A stretch of 63,847 nt of DNA from contig CAYQPQ010000003.1 in assembly GCA_964420045.1 (NCBI GenBank), positions 1 through 63,847 on the forward strand, given 5' to 3'. Shown here piece by piece: positions 1-8,832 of the stretch. The notes beneath the pieces are model-generated. The model was not told the DNA's origin, ran no database searches, and saw nothing but the letters and a program-made list of their open reading frames with translations. The translations under genes and the position numbers were made by a program. The stretch is from an uncultured Bdellovibrionales bacterium. Its GTDB lineage: Bacteria > Patescibacteriota > Minisyncoccia > Moranbacterales > UBA1568. The first letter of the stretch is position 1, and each line of letters begins with the position of its first letter.

Positions 1-175
1 TGGATATACAATAATTTTAGAACAAAATTTTTCCAATGGCGACAAGTGCAATAATAGCCCAGATGATATTCAGCACGCCTGGTTGATATGTCTTCTTGTG
101 GAAGGAGACGGTGACGATACCGAGCGCATCTGTTCCATTGAGAAGCTGGTACCAAAGGCTGGTTGGCGTCAAGAG

Positions 176-181
176 GGAGAA
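176..181. repeat. Target-site duplication GGAGAA (copy 1)
   Basis: The identical hexamer directly abuts both IS ends (176-181 and 1111-1116). Confidence 0.75.
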
Positions 182-198
182 CCGTGAACCCAAAAACT
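182..198. repeat. IS terminal inverted repeat (CCGTGAACCCAAAAACT)
   Basis: Exact reverse complement of 1094-1110 (17/17). Confidence 0.9.
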
Positions 199-1024
199 AC
201 TTCCCCTTCGACAAAGCCAGTATCTGATACCCAAGAAGAATCCTGATATAATGCACCAGGTATCCAAATACTGACCGCGGAAAAGAAGAAACGAGATGAA
301 GATGTTCCTTGAGATAATCAAACACTGATTCTATCTTTGATCGCATATTGAGAAGTGTATTCTGAAACGGCGTTGCCATCTTTCGTTTTTGCTTGAAGTG
401 CGGAGGAGCAACAAAGAATGTTCCATATTTCTCCCAGAGAATCCTCCCCATAACGCTTGCTCCATAGTGAGAGTCTCCCGCTCCGATACGTGTGTATTTA
501 TTCACCAAATGCGGCATCATCTGCGCATCATGCACATTGGCGGGCGTTAGAGCGAGTTCGGTAAAAACGCATTCTTTTGAGATAGCGGCATGGAGCTTGA
601 AACCATAATGCCAGCCCTGATGGTTCTTTCCAAACTGAGCAATGGCCTTCGCTACTCGATGCGTGTGAGCTCGTTTTAGTCTGCAGACAGGAAGCATAGT
701 AGAATCCATAAATATGAGAGGCTCTTTTGAAACAAGAAGTATTTGTAAAAACCAAAACATGCTTGGTGCGACACGATGACACTGCTCAAGAAAACCGTTG
801 TATTTTGGCATCTTCGGAAATTCTTTGGCGAGATGACATTGGGTGAATCGATACAGATCTTTGAGGTTTTTCTGTTTTAGAAGGAGTGTATTCCAAACGA
901 GAAGCGTGATCATTTCACTCTCGGAAAGACAGGAAGGGCGTCCGGTGACATATGGTTCTTGCGGGAGTGTATCATCTACCCAAACGAACAAATCAACGAT
1001 ATGATGAGACTGCAAAGAGAGCAT
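197..1024 (-). CDS. IS982-family DDE transposase
   Basis: 275 aa. Block FMDSTMLPVCRLKRAHTHRV...GKNHQGWHYGFKLHAAIS...LTPANVHDAQ resembles IS982 transposases. The stop codon lies inside the left inverted repeat. Confidence 0.85.
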   Translation of the reverse strand: MLSLQSHHIVDLFVWVDDTLPQEPYVTGRPSCLSESEMITLLVWNTLLLKQKNLKDLYRFTQCHLAKEFPKMPKYNGFLEQCHRVAPSMFWFLQILLVSKEPLIFMDSTMLPVCRLKRAHTHRVAKAIAQFGKNHQGWHYGFKLHAAISKECVFTELALTPANVHDAQMMPHLVNKYTRIGAGDSHYGASVMGRILWEKYGTFFVAPPHFKQKRKMATPFQNTLLNMRSKIESVFDYLKEHLHLVSSFPRSVFGYLVHYIRILLGYQILALSKGK

Positions 1025-1093
1025 AGGTGTTGTTTTGGTTTTTACTCACCTCTACAATACCAGGCTCTCTTTGTGTTGTTTAAGGGATTGAGG

Positions 1094-1110
1094 AGTTTTT
1101 GGGTTCACGG
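1094..1110. repeat. IS terminal inverted repeat (AGTTTTTGGGTTCACGG)
   Basis: Exact reverse complement of 182-198 (17/17). Confidence 0.9.
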
Positions 1111-1116
1111 GGAGAA
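1111..1116. repeat. Target-site duplication GGAGAA (copy 2)
   Basis: The identical hexamer directly abuts both IS ends. Confidence 0.75.
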
Positions 1117-1197
1117 ACTTATCATGGCATAGGCAAGGATAATAGTGCCTGTTCCGTACCAGCCAAAGAGTTCAATAAGTTTGTCTTTGTTCATAAA

Positions 1198-1602
1198 TCA
1201 ATCAATGAGATCCTTTGCTTTCAGGTCATCGAAGATGAGTTGATCTACGGGCGATACCTCATTTCGTCTTGAAAAGTCAAACCAATCCATTTGTTCCACT
1301 TCGGCACTGGGCGCAAGCTCCCCGGTATATTTTCCTTGATAACAGGTCATTCTCACGAGCGTTCCCTCGGGTTTTCCGTGAGCTTGCGCTTCAAAAGTTC
1401 CGTAGTGCTCGAGAGTTTCGGAAATGATATCAACTTGTAACTCTTCTTTCATTTCTCGCATCAAGGCTTCTTGATCGCTTTCGCTATTCTTGCGTTTTCC
1501 TCCCGGAATATACCAAGCGTCTTTTCCATAGCTCTTCGTTTCCAATACCTTCCGATTGCGGATTTCAATGAACGCGAGTTTGTCGATATATGTTTTTTCC
1601 AT
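1198..1602 (-). CDS. NUDIX hydrolase
   Basis: Nudix box GGKRKNSESDQEALMREMKEELQV (GX5EX7REUXEEXGU). ATG at 1602 preferred; the listed ORF extends to a GTG at 1620 that overlaps the GH28 stop by 4 nt. Lies directly downstream of GH28-a on the same strand. Confidence 0.8.
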   Translation of the reverse strand: MEKTYIDKLAFIEIRNRKVLETKSYGKDAWYIPGGKRKNSESDQEALMREMKEELQVDIISETLEHYGTFEAQAHGKPEGTLVRMTCYQGKYTGELAPSAEVEQMDWFDFSRRNEVSPVDQLIFDDLKAKDLID

Positions 1603-1616
1603 ACGAATATCGTATC

Positions 1617-3302
1617 TCACTGGATTAGGGCGTTTGCATTAGCTTCTCCCGAGAAAGTGACGGAGTCTTTGGTGAAGCCGCTTGCTTGGATGTTTATATT
1701 GTGCGAAGCGGCGTCGGCAATGGTGAGGCAGTCTTTGCGGACGAGGGGGCATTTGATGTTTTTGAATATGAGATTGGTGCTCTCGGCGATATCGAAGACG
1801 GTGCCTTTGGTGGGGACGGCGGCGAGAGTGTCGAAGGTGATGTGATCTGCCTCTTCTATCTGAGTGCCCCACTTGGATGAGATTTTAATGTTTTTGAAAT
1901 GAATGTCAGTGACCGGTTGCTCCGTGAGTCCGCTGATTTCTATTGAGCGATCGGTTTTCCCGACAGTCATATCTTCTACGGCGATGTTGCGGAAAAGGGG
2001 GATAGCGCCAACGCCTTTTATGAAGGAGTTTTCATAGGCGGTTGTGAGCTGTATGGCGGCGATGGAGGCGTAGTTGATGTTCATTGTGTTGACATGAATA
2101 TTCTCCACGATACCGCCGCGACCTTTGGAGGACTTGATGCGAAAGCCGTACTGCACCATGTTGGCAGAGAGATTTTCAATGAAGATATTGCGAACGTCTC
2201 CGGACATTTCGCTCCCAATGGCGACAGCGGCATGCGCCTCGAGGATGGAATTGTTGCGGATTAAGACGTCCTCGGTTGGTTCTCGGACGCGGAGTCCATC
2301 GCCGTTTCTGCCGGATTTGAGGACGATGGCATCGTCGCCGGTACTGAAGACGTTATTCTCAATAAGAACATCGTGTGATGAGTCCAGCGCGACGCCGTCG
2401 GTGCTTGGTCCGGGGTTTGTTTCGATATGGACACCTCGGACGATAACGTTTTCACTATAGAGCGGGTGAATCGTCCACATGGGACCGTTTTGTATGGTGA
2501 CGCCCTCCACGAGCACACGATGGCAGTTCATAAATTCAATGAATGCCGGGCGAAGCGAATCCTCGACGGTTCCAAAGACGCGTTCGGATACCGGTACATT
2601 GTCATCGCCCATTTGGTAGAGTCGCTTGATTGTTTTGTCCCATTTGCGCATGGCGGTCCACCACGCGGCGCCCTGACCGTCGAGAGTGCCTTCGCCGGTA
2701 ATGGCGACGTCGAATGCATTCGCCGTATATATGGGGGCGGAGTAATTATAGTACTCAATGCCCTCGAATCGCGAGAAAACAACGGGTAAGTAGTCTTCGA
2801 AATGTGTGCTGAACAAAATTGTCGAGCCTTTTTCGAGGTGAAGGTTGATGCGGCTCTTGAGGTGTATGGGACCCGAAAACCAGGTACCCTTAGGAATAAG
2901 CACGGTTCCGCCTCCGGTTTTAGCGCAATCGTCGATCGCTTTCCGGAAGGCATCGGTATTGGAGGTGACGCCGTCATGTTTCCCGCCGTAATCGGCAATG
3001 GAGCATACTCTGTCAGGAAAGCTGGTTTCCTCGATAGCGAGCGAGGAGCCGGAGAGTGTTTGCAGGGCAATCTTCGATGTTGCTGGCGGGATGGATTGGG
3101 ATATATCGGGAAATTCTCGCGGAATTTCCGGTTCGGTTGGTGGTACTGCTTCGCGTGAGTCTTCCCGGACAAGTGTGTGTGACGAAGAAAACGTTCCGCT
3201 TCGGTAGTTTTCAAGCAGTATCCATCCTCCAAGAATCACGACGAGCGAGAGTGTCCCGAAAGCGATAAGCATGAATGGTATGCGAAGAGCTCCTCGAAGC
3301 AT
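1617..3302 (-). CDS. Membrane-anchored glycoside hydrolase family 28 protein (exo-polygalacturonase-like beta-helix), copy a
   Basis: N-terminal TM (FMLIAFGTLSLVVILGGWILL) and a Pro/Ser linker. GH28 blocks follow: SIADYGG...GGGTVLIPKGTW, PSTDGVALDS, STGDDAIVLKSGRNGDG, AIGSEMSG, FRIKSSKGRGG. Paralogue of 14876-16378. Confidence 0.8.
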   Translation of the reverse strand: MLRGALRIPFMLIAFGTLSLVVILGGWILLENYRSGTFSSSHTLVREDSREAVPPTEPEIPREFPDISQSIPPATSKIALQTLSGSSLAIEETSFPDRVCSIADYGGKHDGVTSNTDAFRKAIDDCAKTGGGTVLIPKGTWFSGPIHLKSRINLHLEKGSTILFSTHFEDYLPVVFSRFEGIEYYNYSAPIYTANAFDVAITGEGTLDGQGAAWWTAMRKWDKTIKRLYQMGDDNVPVSERVFGTVEDSLRPAFIEFMNCHRVLVEGVTIQNGPMWTIHPLYSENVIVRGVHIETNPGPSTDGVALDSSHDVLIENNVFSTGDDAIVLKSGRNGDGLRVREPTEDVLIRNNSILEAHAAVAIGSEMSGDVRNIFIENLSANMVQYGFRIKSSKGRGGIVENIHVNTMNINYASIAAIQLTTAYENSFIKGVGAIPLFRNIAVEDMTVGKTDRSIEISGLTEQPVTDIHFKNIKISSKWGTQIEEADHITFDTLAAVPTKGTVFDIAESTNLIFKNIKCPLVRKDCLTIADAASHNINIQASGFTKDSVTFSGEANANALIQ

Positions 3303-3312
3303 GGTAGCAAAA

Positions 3313-5226
3313 TTAGTTCTCTGTTGATGAAGTATCCGAAGAGTCGCTTCTTAGAAAAAGGTTTTCGGCAGGAAGTATCTTGATAAAATTTTCCGATCGA
3401 TTGCCGATGATAAAGGTGCGTGTCGTCTCGTTTGTTTCATAGGCCTTTTTGAAATCGATCGGATCGCTTCCGGGATGTGAGAGCTTGAGTGTTCTTGAGC
3501 GGCGTCCCGAGGAAACAACGACATAGTCTACCTGAAGATCTCGCAAGTCCTTCTGGCTCAAGCCGGTGCGGCACTCTCCGATGAAGACCGCGCAAACGGC
3601 GCCCTTGTCCGACCATATGGATATTTCGCGAGGATTTGGCAGGTGATTGAGAAAGTCGGCAGCCTCCCAACTGCCATCGCCCATATCTTTTAAATTCACA
3701 AAATAGGGTTCCGGGAGAAGAAATGAGGTATAAGCAAAGTAGTACGGTTTGACGGAAAGGAGACTGATAAGCGAGAAAATGAATGTGGCAAGTACTGCCG
3801 CGATGGCAATGGCGTCTTCTTGATACTTCCGGAGGTGATTTGACGTAAGGAAAAATGAAATACCGATGGCTGCGAGGATGCAGGCAAAGGGAAAGAGCGT
3901 TATTTGATACCGAACGGTAGCAATAACATGGTTTACGGTCGAGGCGATATAGTAGAGGAAGATAAACAAGGAAAGAAAGAATGCGATTCTGGTTTCTCGT
4001 GAGGCGATATGGCGCTTTGTTATGCCAAGGGTGAGTGTCGCGATGAGTGCAAAAAGCGCGAGCGGCGAAATGCCAAACATGAGACTGTAGAGATCGGCGA
4101 CGATATTGTCGGCAAAGATAAAGAGGTGCGATCCATCTCCTCCGGAACCCTTTGGAGAAGCGAGAGAAGCGTCGGTATTGAAGATGCTCATGCCGGTAAA
4201 GGTATTGAGTGCTACAAAGAAAAGCGCGGCAATGAAGAGAATGAACGTCGCCTGAATAAATCGCGTTCGGTATCGCGAGAGTACTTCCAAAATAAAAGCC
4301 GTGGTTTTGCTTTTGAGAAGTGAGGCATCGAGAGCGATGAGTGTAATAATTCCGACAAAAAGCGGCCACGTGCTTTCAAAGGCTTTGCTGAGAAATGTCC
4401 CCTCGAGAATCATTTCCGGATGCTTCCAGGTTGCGGGAAAGAAGGCGAAGAAGGTTGCGCAAGAAATAGCGACGAGAATAATGTAGTTGATGGCCGACTG
4501 CTTGAGGTAGGTTCGAAGTGCGGGCTTATCTTTGGAGAAGAGGTATTCAAGGAAGGGAAGGGCAAAGAAAAATATATACAAAATATTGGCGACATATTTG
4601 GTGAGAATCGAGAACCCAAGGAAAAGTCCGCTCATGTAGAGATATTTTTTCTCGGCGTTTTTCTGGAAAACAAAGTAACTCAATACCGAGAGCGGGAGAA
4701 ATATCCAGAGGAGTGAATCGGGATTGATAATAAGCGATATGCCGAAAAGTATCGGAGAAAATCCGATCAGAATAAAGGCGACCAGCGCGGTGGTCTCATC
4801 GAAGAGTTTTTTGAGAAGGAGAAAGAAAACCGGAAGCGACAAGAAGCAAAACAGAAAGATGGGCAGGCGGAAAAAGAAATTGATATCGTTGATGGCGCGG
4901 AATTCCTCATCTGTCTTTATGTCGTCGCGCAGGCTTTTGTAGGGCAGAGGATCTATTTTGAGGAGTCCGGCACCGGAAAGGATAGCGGTGGTAATACCCG
5001 GCTTGTCGTTGATATTGGTGGAACGCCATTTCCCTTCGGCGATGGCTTTCCAAAATTTCGGCGTGCGTTGGTACGTCCAGTAGGGTTCGTCGACAGCCGA
5101 ATATGACTCAAGGCGAAGCAGCCCGAGTGTGAGATGTGTTGCGAGCACGGCGACAATAACTAGGGGCGCGCGGTATTTTTTGAGGAATTCTTTCATGAAG
5201 CAGGGAGAGAATAGAAAGCCAAACAT
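3313..5226 (-). CDS. Polytopic GT-C fold glycosyltransferase (GT39/ArnT/PMT-like), family B copy a
   Basis: 637 aa with more than 10 predicted TM helices. The first loop carries a DE motif (SAVDEPYWTYQRTPKFWKAIAEGKWRSTNINDKPGIT). There is a C-terminal soluble domain. Paralogue of 12895-14829. Alternative ATG at 5196. Confidence 0.7.
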   Translation of the reverse strand: MFGFLFSPCFMKEFLKKYRAPLVIVAVLATHLTLGLLRLESYSAVDEPYWTYQRTPKFWKAIAEGKWRSTNINDKPGITTAILSGAGLLKIDPLPYKSLRDDIKTDEEFRAINDINFFFRLPIFLFCFLSLPVFFLLLKKLFDETTALVAFILIGFSPILFGISLIINPDSLLWIFLPLSVLSYFVFQKNAEKKYLYMSGLFLGFSILTKYVANILYIFFFALPFLEYLFSKDKPALRTYLKQSAINYIILVAISCATFFAFFPATWKHPEMILEGTFLSKAFESTWPLFVGIITLIALDASLLKSKTTAFILEVLSRYRTRFIQATFILFIAALFFVALNTFTGMSIFNTDASLASPKGSGGDGSHLFIFADNIVADLYSLMFGISPLALFALIATLTLGITKRHIASRETRIAFFLSLFIFLYYIASTVNHVIATVRYQITLFPFACILAAIGISFFLTSNHLRKYQEDAIAIAAVLATFIFSLISLLSVKPYYFAYTSFLLPEPYFVNLKDMGDGSWEAADFLNHLPNPREISIWSDKGAVCAVFIGECRTGLSQKDLRDLQVDYVVVSSGRRSRTLKLSHPGSDPIDFKKAYETNETTRTFIIGNRSENFIKILPAENLFLRSDSSDTSSTEN

Positions 5227-5348
5227 GCTTCTAGCATACAGGAATTGTTTTTGGTTTGCAAAAATATATGGCTCGTAGAGGGGCTTTCCGCTTTACGGAC
5301 GGGGCATGAGAGTGATAGAATGTCTCATATCGCTTGTGAGGAATTTCT

Positions 5349-7109
5349 ATGGATATTTTGAAAAGATACTGGGCTCTGTTTGTTTTGCTTGCCATACTTC
5401 TCGGAGCTGTTTTTGTGCGAACATACTCCTTGGATGAATGGCTGTACTTCAAGATGGATCAGGCTCGTGACGCGCTGCTTCTTACGGATGTCCTTGAAAA
5501 CGGTCCGGGCAGTTTGCCGCTGCTTGGTCCTCGAGTGGGCGCAGTGGAACTCCATCAGGGATTTTTGCGTTTGGGTCCGATATATTACTACTTTCAGTAT
5601 CTTTCCGGTATCTTGTTCCACTCGTCCGAGCCGGCTGTCTTTGCGTATCCGGACGTGTTCTTCTCGATTGCCGCAATACCGCTTCTCTATATCTTTGCTC
5701 GACTCTACTTTGAGAAACGCCATGCGCTCATGGTGACGGCTCTGTACGCGTTTTCATTTCTGATTATTCAGTACTCTCGATTCGCATGGAATCCGAACTC
5801 GCTGCAATTCTTCATCCTTTTGAGTTTCTATGGACTTATACGATTTCTCAACGACGAACATGCCACATCAAAAAGATGGTGGCTTGCGCTCTGGGCGCTT
5901 GGCAGTGCGATCGGATCGCAGCTTCATTTTTTCGGATTCTTCAGTCTTCTGGGAATTTCGGGCTTGCTCATGCTTTTCCATCTCAAGGTCTGGAAGCAAT
6001 CATCATGGAAGGCGTTTCTTCACAAAGAGCAACTCCGGCAGTTTGCAATATTCTCCACTATTGTCATCGGAGTGTTTGCCATACTATATACGCCGGTTAT
6101 TTTGAGTGACAGTCTGCGCGGCGGAGAGAACACGAGGAATTTCTTCGAAGCATTGGGATCAAAGGCGGAGAAAAAGCCACTTGTAGACAAGCTTCAGAAA
6201 ACCATGACAGAAAACTTGAAGTACTCGTGTCTTCTACTGACATCGGAATGCTATGCTAGTGATGCCAATTCCAAAGAAAACCTCCCGTTCGTTGCAATAG
6301 CCGCGTTCGTACTTCTTGTTGGCGGAACACTTGCTTTTCGGAGAGCGCGAAGCGAACAGAGTGAGCTGCGTCGGGATTTTCTGGTATTGACGCTGCTCTG
6401 GCTCGGTGTCTTTATGGTTCTGACAGAGCCGGTCTCATTTCAGCTGCGTCCGCGCTTTTATATTGTCATTTTTGCTATCCCGTTTCTCTTTTTGGGATTT
6501 CTCTATGAGTTTCTCGAGGAGCGTTTTGGAAAGCGTGCGCGTTGGGCATCGCTTGTCATAACGGTTGGTATTCTCGCGATCAATATGCACGGGACAGTAT
6601 TGTGGTTCGAAGAACAGGCAAGGGCACAGACAAAAGCGGTTTCGGCAAAGCGAACGCTGATTCTGAAAACCAAAGATGGTGTGACTCTGGGACAATTGCG
6701 CGGTGCGGCGGACTGGATGTACGCGCATATGAAACCGGGAAATACGCTTTACTACTATGTGAAGCCGGAGCACCAGCGTCCGATAAAATTTCTCTTGCGT
6801 TCGCATAAAGATGAATCACTCCGTATCGAGTTGCTCAAAATGAACGGCGATCCCCACGCGCAATTTTTTGCGATTACACCTGCAAAAAATGGAAAGAAGG
6901 ATATTGCGAAGAAGCTGAAGCGCCCCGAGGCGGAATTTACCATTCTTGACTCGAAGCAATTTGGCGAGCTGTTGGTTTCGGAACTCGACTTTCCGAGTCG
7001 GAATATTTCTGAGGCGTTTACCTACAAAGAAAGTATCGAAAAAGATCGAGAAGGAGAAGATGACCGAAGCTATTGGAAGGATGTTCTGCCAAATTTTTTT
7101 AAGGAATAA
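5349..7109 (+). CDS. Polytopic GT-C-like membrane glycosyltransferase, family A paralogue 1
   Basis: 586 aa. Shared family signature: FVRTY..DEW..FKMDQARDALL..LPLLGP..LGPIYYYFQYLSG..AYPDVFFSI..IPLLY..YSRFAWNPNS..QLH. About 11 TM helices plus a roughly 150-aa C-terminal domain. Confidence 0.65.
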   Translation: MDILKRYWALFVLLAILLGAVFVRTYSLDEWLYFKMDQARDALLLTDVLENGPGSLPLLGPRVGAVELHQGFLRLGPIYYYFQYLSGILFHSSEPAVFAYPDVFFSIAAIPLLYIFARLYFEKRHALMVTALYAFSFLIIQYSRFAWNPNSLQFFILLSFYGLIRFLNDEHATSKRWWLALWALGSAIGSQLHFFGFFSLLGISGLLMLFHLKVWKQSSWKAFLHKEQLRQFAIFSTIVIGVFAILYTPVILSDSLRGGENTRNFFEALGSKAEKKPLVDKLQKTMTENLKYSCLLLTSECYASDANSKENLPFVAIAAFVLLVGGTLAFRRARSEQSELRRDFLVLTLLWLGVFMVLTEPVSFQLRPRFYIVIFAIPFLFLGFLYEFLEERFGKRARWASLVITVGILAINMHGTVLWFEEQARAQTKAVSAKRTLILKTKDGVTLGQLRGAADWMYAHMKPGNTLYYYVKPEHQRPIKFLLRSHKDESLRIELLKMNGDPHAQFFAITPAKNGKKDIAKKLKRPEAEFTILDSKQFGELLVSELDFPSRNISEAFTYKESIEKDREGEDDRSYWKDVLPNFFKE

Positions 7110-7121
7110 CACGGGACACAC

Positions 7122-8792
7122 ATGAAGCGGTGGGCGGATTTTTTATATCGATATTTTTCTTTCCATTTGAAACGGCCACTGTCTGGGTCTGGGGTTGTGT
7201 GGACACTGCTCCTTGTTTTGTTGGTGGGAATTTTTGTTCGTACCTATCACTTTCGGGAATGGCTTCACTTCGGATCGGATCAGGCACGAGATGTGATGTT
7301 GGTAGGGGACGTGATTGACGGAAGAGAATCGTTGCCGCTCCTTGGTATGGAGGCGGGAAATACGCGATTCGATCTCGGTCCTGCGTACTACTATCTTCAG
7401 ATAGCGTCGGCACGTATGTTTGGAGTGCGTCCGGAGACTGTGGCTTACCCGGATCTGTTGCTGTCTATTCTGACAATTCCGCTCTCGTTCTTTCTTTTCC
7501 GAAAGCTTTTCGATCGTCATCTTTCGCTCGCGTTGACGGGATTATATGCGATTTCTTTCTATGTCGTCGAGTATTCCCGGTTCGCGTGGAATCCGAATGC
7601 AATCCCGTTCTTTGTGGGGCTTTTCCTGCTCTCTCTGACGGAATTCATGGAGACGGAAGAAAAGACTGCATGGTGGTGGATACTTGCGCTCGGAACCGCT
7701 ATTGGTATCGGTATACAATTGCATACGATTCTCTTATTTCTGTTCCCGGCGATACTCTTTGGAGTTTTCTTGATGTTCCTGAAGAAGAATATCGGAGTCA
7801 TAGCGCGCGTGTTCGGCATAGTGGTGCTCGTGCTCGCATTGAATATTCCGCAAATCGTGAGTGAAGTCCAGACGCATGGAAAGAATACGAAACTTTTCTT
7901 CAAGGCGCTGACAGACCGATCGGAGAGCGGGAGTTCACGATTTGCGGAGAGTCTCGAAATAGATATCTTGTGTCATGCACAGGCAAATTCTCACATTCTC
8001 TCTTCACTCGGGCACCATGGTAATTGCGATTTTCTCACGCTTCTTTTGAGTTCGGAAAAATTTGCAAACTTTCACACTCTTGCGCTCTCATATGGCGGAA
8101 TTATAGTGAGTGTTCTTTTTTCCAGTATCGGCTATGGTCTTCTTATTTTTCTTGCGTTCAAAGAATCGGACCCGAGGCGACGGAAATTTCTTTTTGTTAT
8201 CTTGATATATTCGAGTCTTTCATTTCTCATCCTTTTTTCTGTTATTCGAGGAGCGCCGCTTCGATACTTCATCCATGCAACGTTTATTCCCTTTCTGCTG
8301 CTGGGATTATTCTTGGTCTGGATTCGGAAACACTGTCGGTTCTCGGGAATGCTTGTAGCGGGAATCATTGGCGTCTTAGCGTTGTTGAATATACGGGCGA
8401 TAGGTATTGAGGCGGCAGCGCTCGCGTCGGGAACGCGCGGGGATGCCGGATTTGTTGTCCTTGGAGAGGCGGAGAATATGGTGGCGTACATGAAAGAGCG
8501 ATCCGGATCGTGGACGGAAGCGAATCTTGCTGGAGGAACTGCGTATTTTTCAACCTACTACAAATCGCTCAAATATATCGCAGCACAACAGGGTCTTGAT
8601 ATTCACTTGGCAAAGCGGAAGCATCCTCCGGTGTCCGAGGTACCGTATTTCTTTATCTATCGGCCGCTCGATCAGAGGGATCCGTCTTTCGCGAGGGGGT
8701 ATGACGTGTTGGACTCTCGTGACTTTGGGAATATGGGCATATATCATCTGCAGAGCACAAAATATCGGGATCAAGAACATCTCGCACGGTAA
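7122..8792 (+). CDS. Polytopic GT-C-like membrane glycosyltransferase, family A paralogue 2
   Basis: 556 aa. Motifs FVRTYHFREWLHFGSDQARDVML, LGPAYYYLQ, AYPDLLLSI, YSRFAWNPNAIPFF, IQLHT. Starts 12 nt after paralogue 1. Confidence 0.65.
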   Translation: MKRWADFLYRYFSFHLKRPLSGSGVVWTLLLVLLVGIFVRTYHFREWLHFGSDQARDVMLVGDVIDGRESLPLLGMEAGNTRFDLGPAYYYLQIASARMFGVRPETVAYPDLLLSILTIPLSFFLFRKLFDRHLSLALTGLYAISFYVVEYSRFAWNPNAIPFFVGLFLLSLTEFMETEEKTAWWWILALGTAIGIGIQLHTILLFLFPAILFGVFLMFLKKNIGVIARVFGIVVLVLALNIPQIVSEVQTHGKNTKLFFKALTDRSESGSSRFAESLEIDILCHAQANSHILSSLGHHGNCDFLTLLLSSEKFANFHTLALSYGGIIVSVLFSSIGYGLLIFLAFKESDPRRRKFLFVILIYSSLSFLILFSVIRGAPLRYFIHATFIPFLLLGLFLVWIRKHCRFSGMLVAGIIGVLALLNIRAIGIEAAALASGTRGDAGFVVLGEAENMVAYMKERSGSWTEANLAGGTAYFSTYYKSLKYIAAQQGLDIHLAKRKHPPVSEVPYFFIYRPLDQRDPSFARGYDVLDSRDFGNMGIYHLQSTKYRDQEHLAR

Positions 8793-8832
8793 TGACTGCA
8801 GACGTGTGAAGCCGCTTCTTTTGTTGATAAGA

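Larger units (their letters stand above)
182..1110 (-). mobile_element. IS982-family insertion sequence, apparently intact (929 bp)
   Basis: A single 275-aa DDE transposase ORF is bounded by perfect 17-bp terminal inverted repeats and flanked by a 6-bp direct duplication. The element sits inside a small ORF whose two halves rejoin in frame. Confidence 0.85.
17..1194 (-). pseudogene. Small three-TM membrane protein gene (about 80 aa when repaired) split by an IS insertion
   Basis: ATG at 1194-1192 opens MNKDKLIELFGWYGTGTIILAYAMIS (to 1117). The frame resumes in phase at 181 (FSLLTPTSLWYQLLNGTDALGIVTVSFHKKTYQPGVLNIIWAIIALVAIGKILF, stop 19-17) once the 929-bp IS and one copy of the 6-bp duplication are removed. 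Confidence 0.7.

Noticed and set aside
3437-4369. A 310-aa same-strand, alternative-frame ORF inside the 637-aa GT-C gene
   Set aside because: The frame is Arg/Cys/Ser-rich with no TM pattern, whereas the annotated frame gives a coherent polytopic membrane protein paralogous to 12895-14829.
8527-8832. A 102-codon N-terminal extension of GT-C paralogue 3 overlapping paralogue 2
   Set aside because: The extension is in a different frame over the C-terminus of a supported gene and reads as noise. The family-conserved N-terminus begins at the ATG at 8833.
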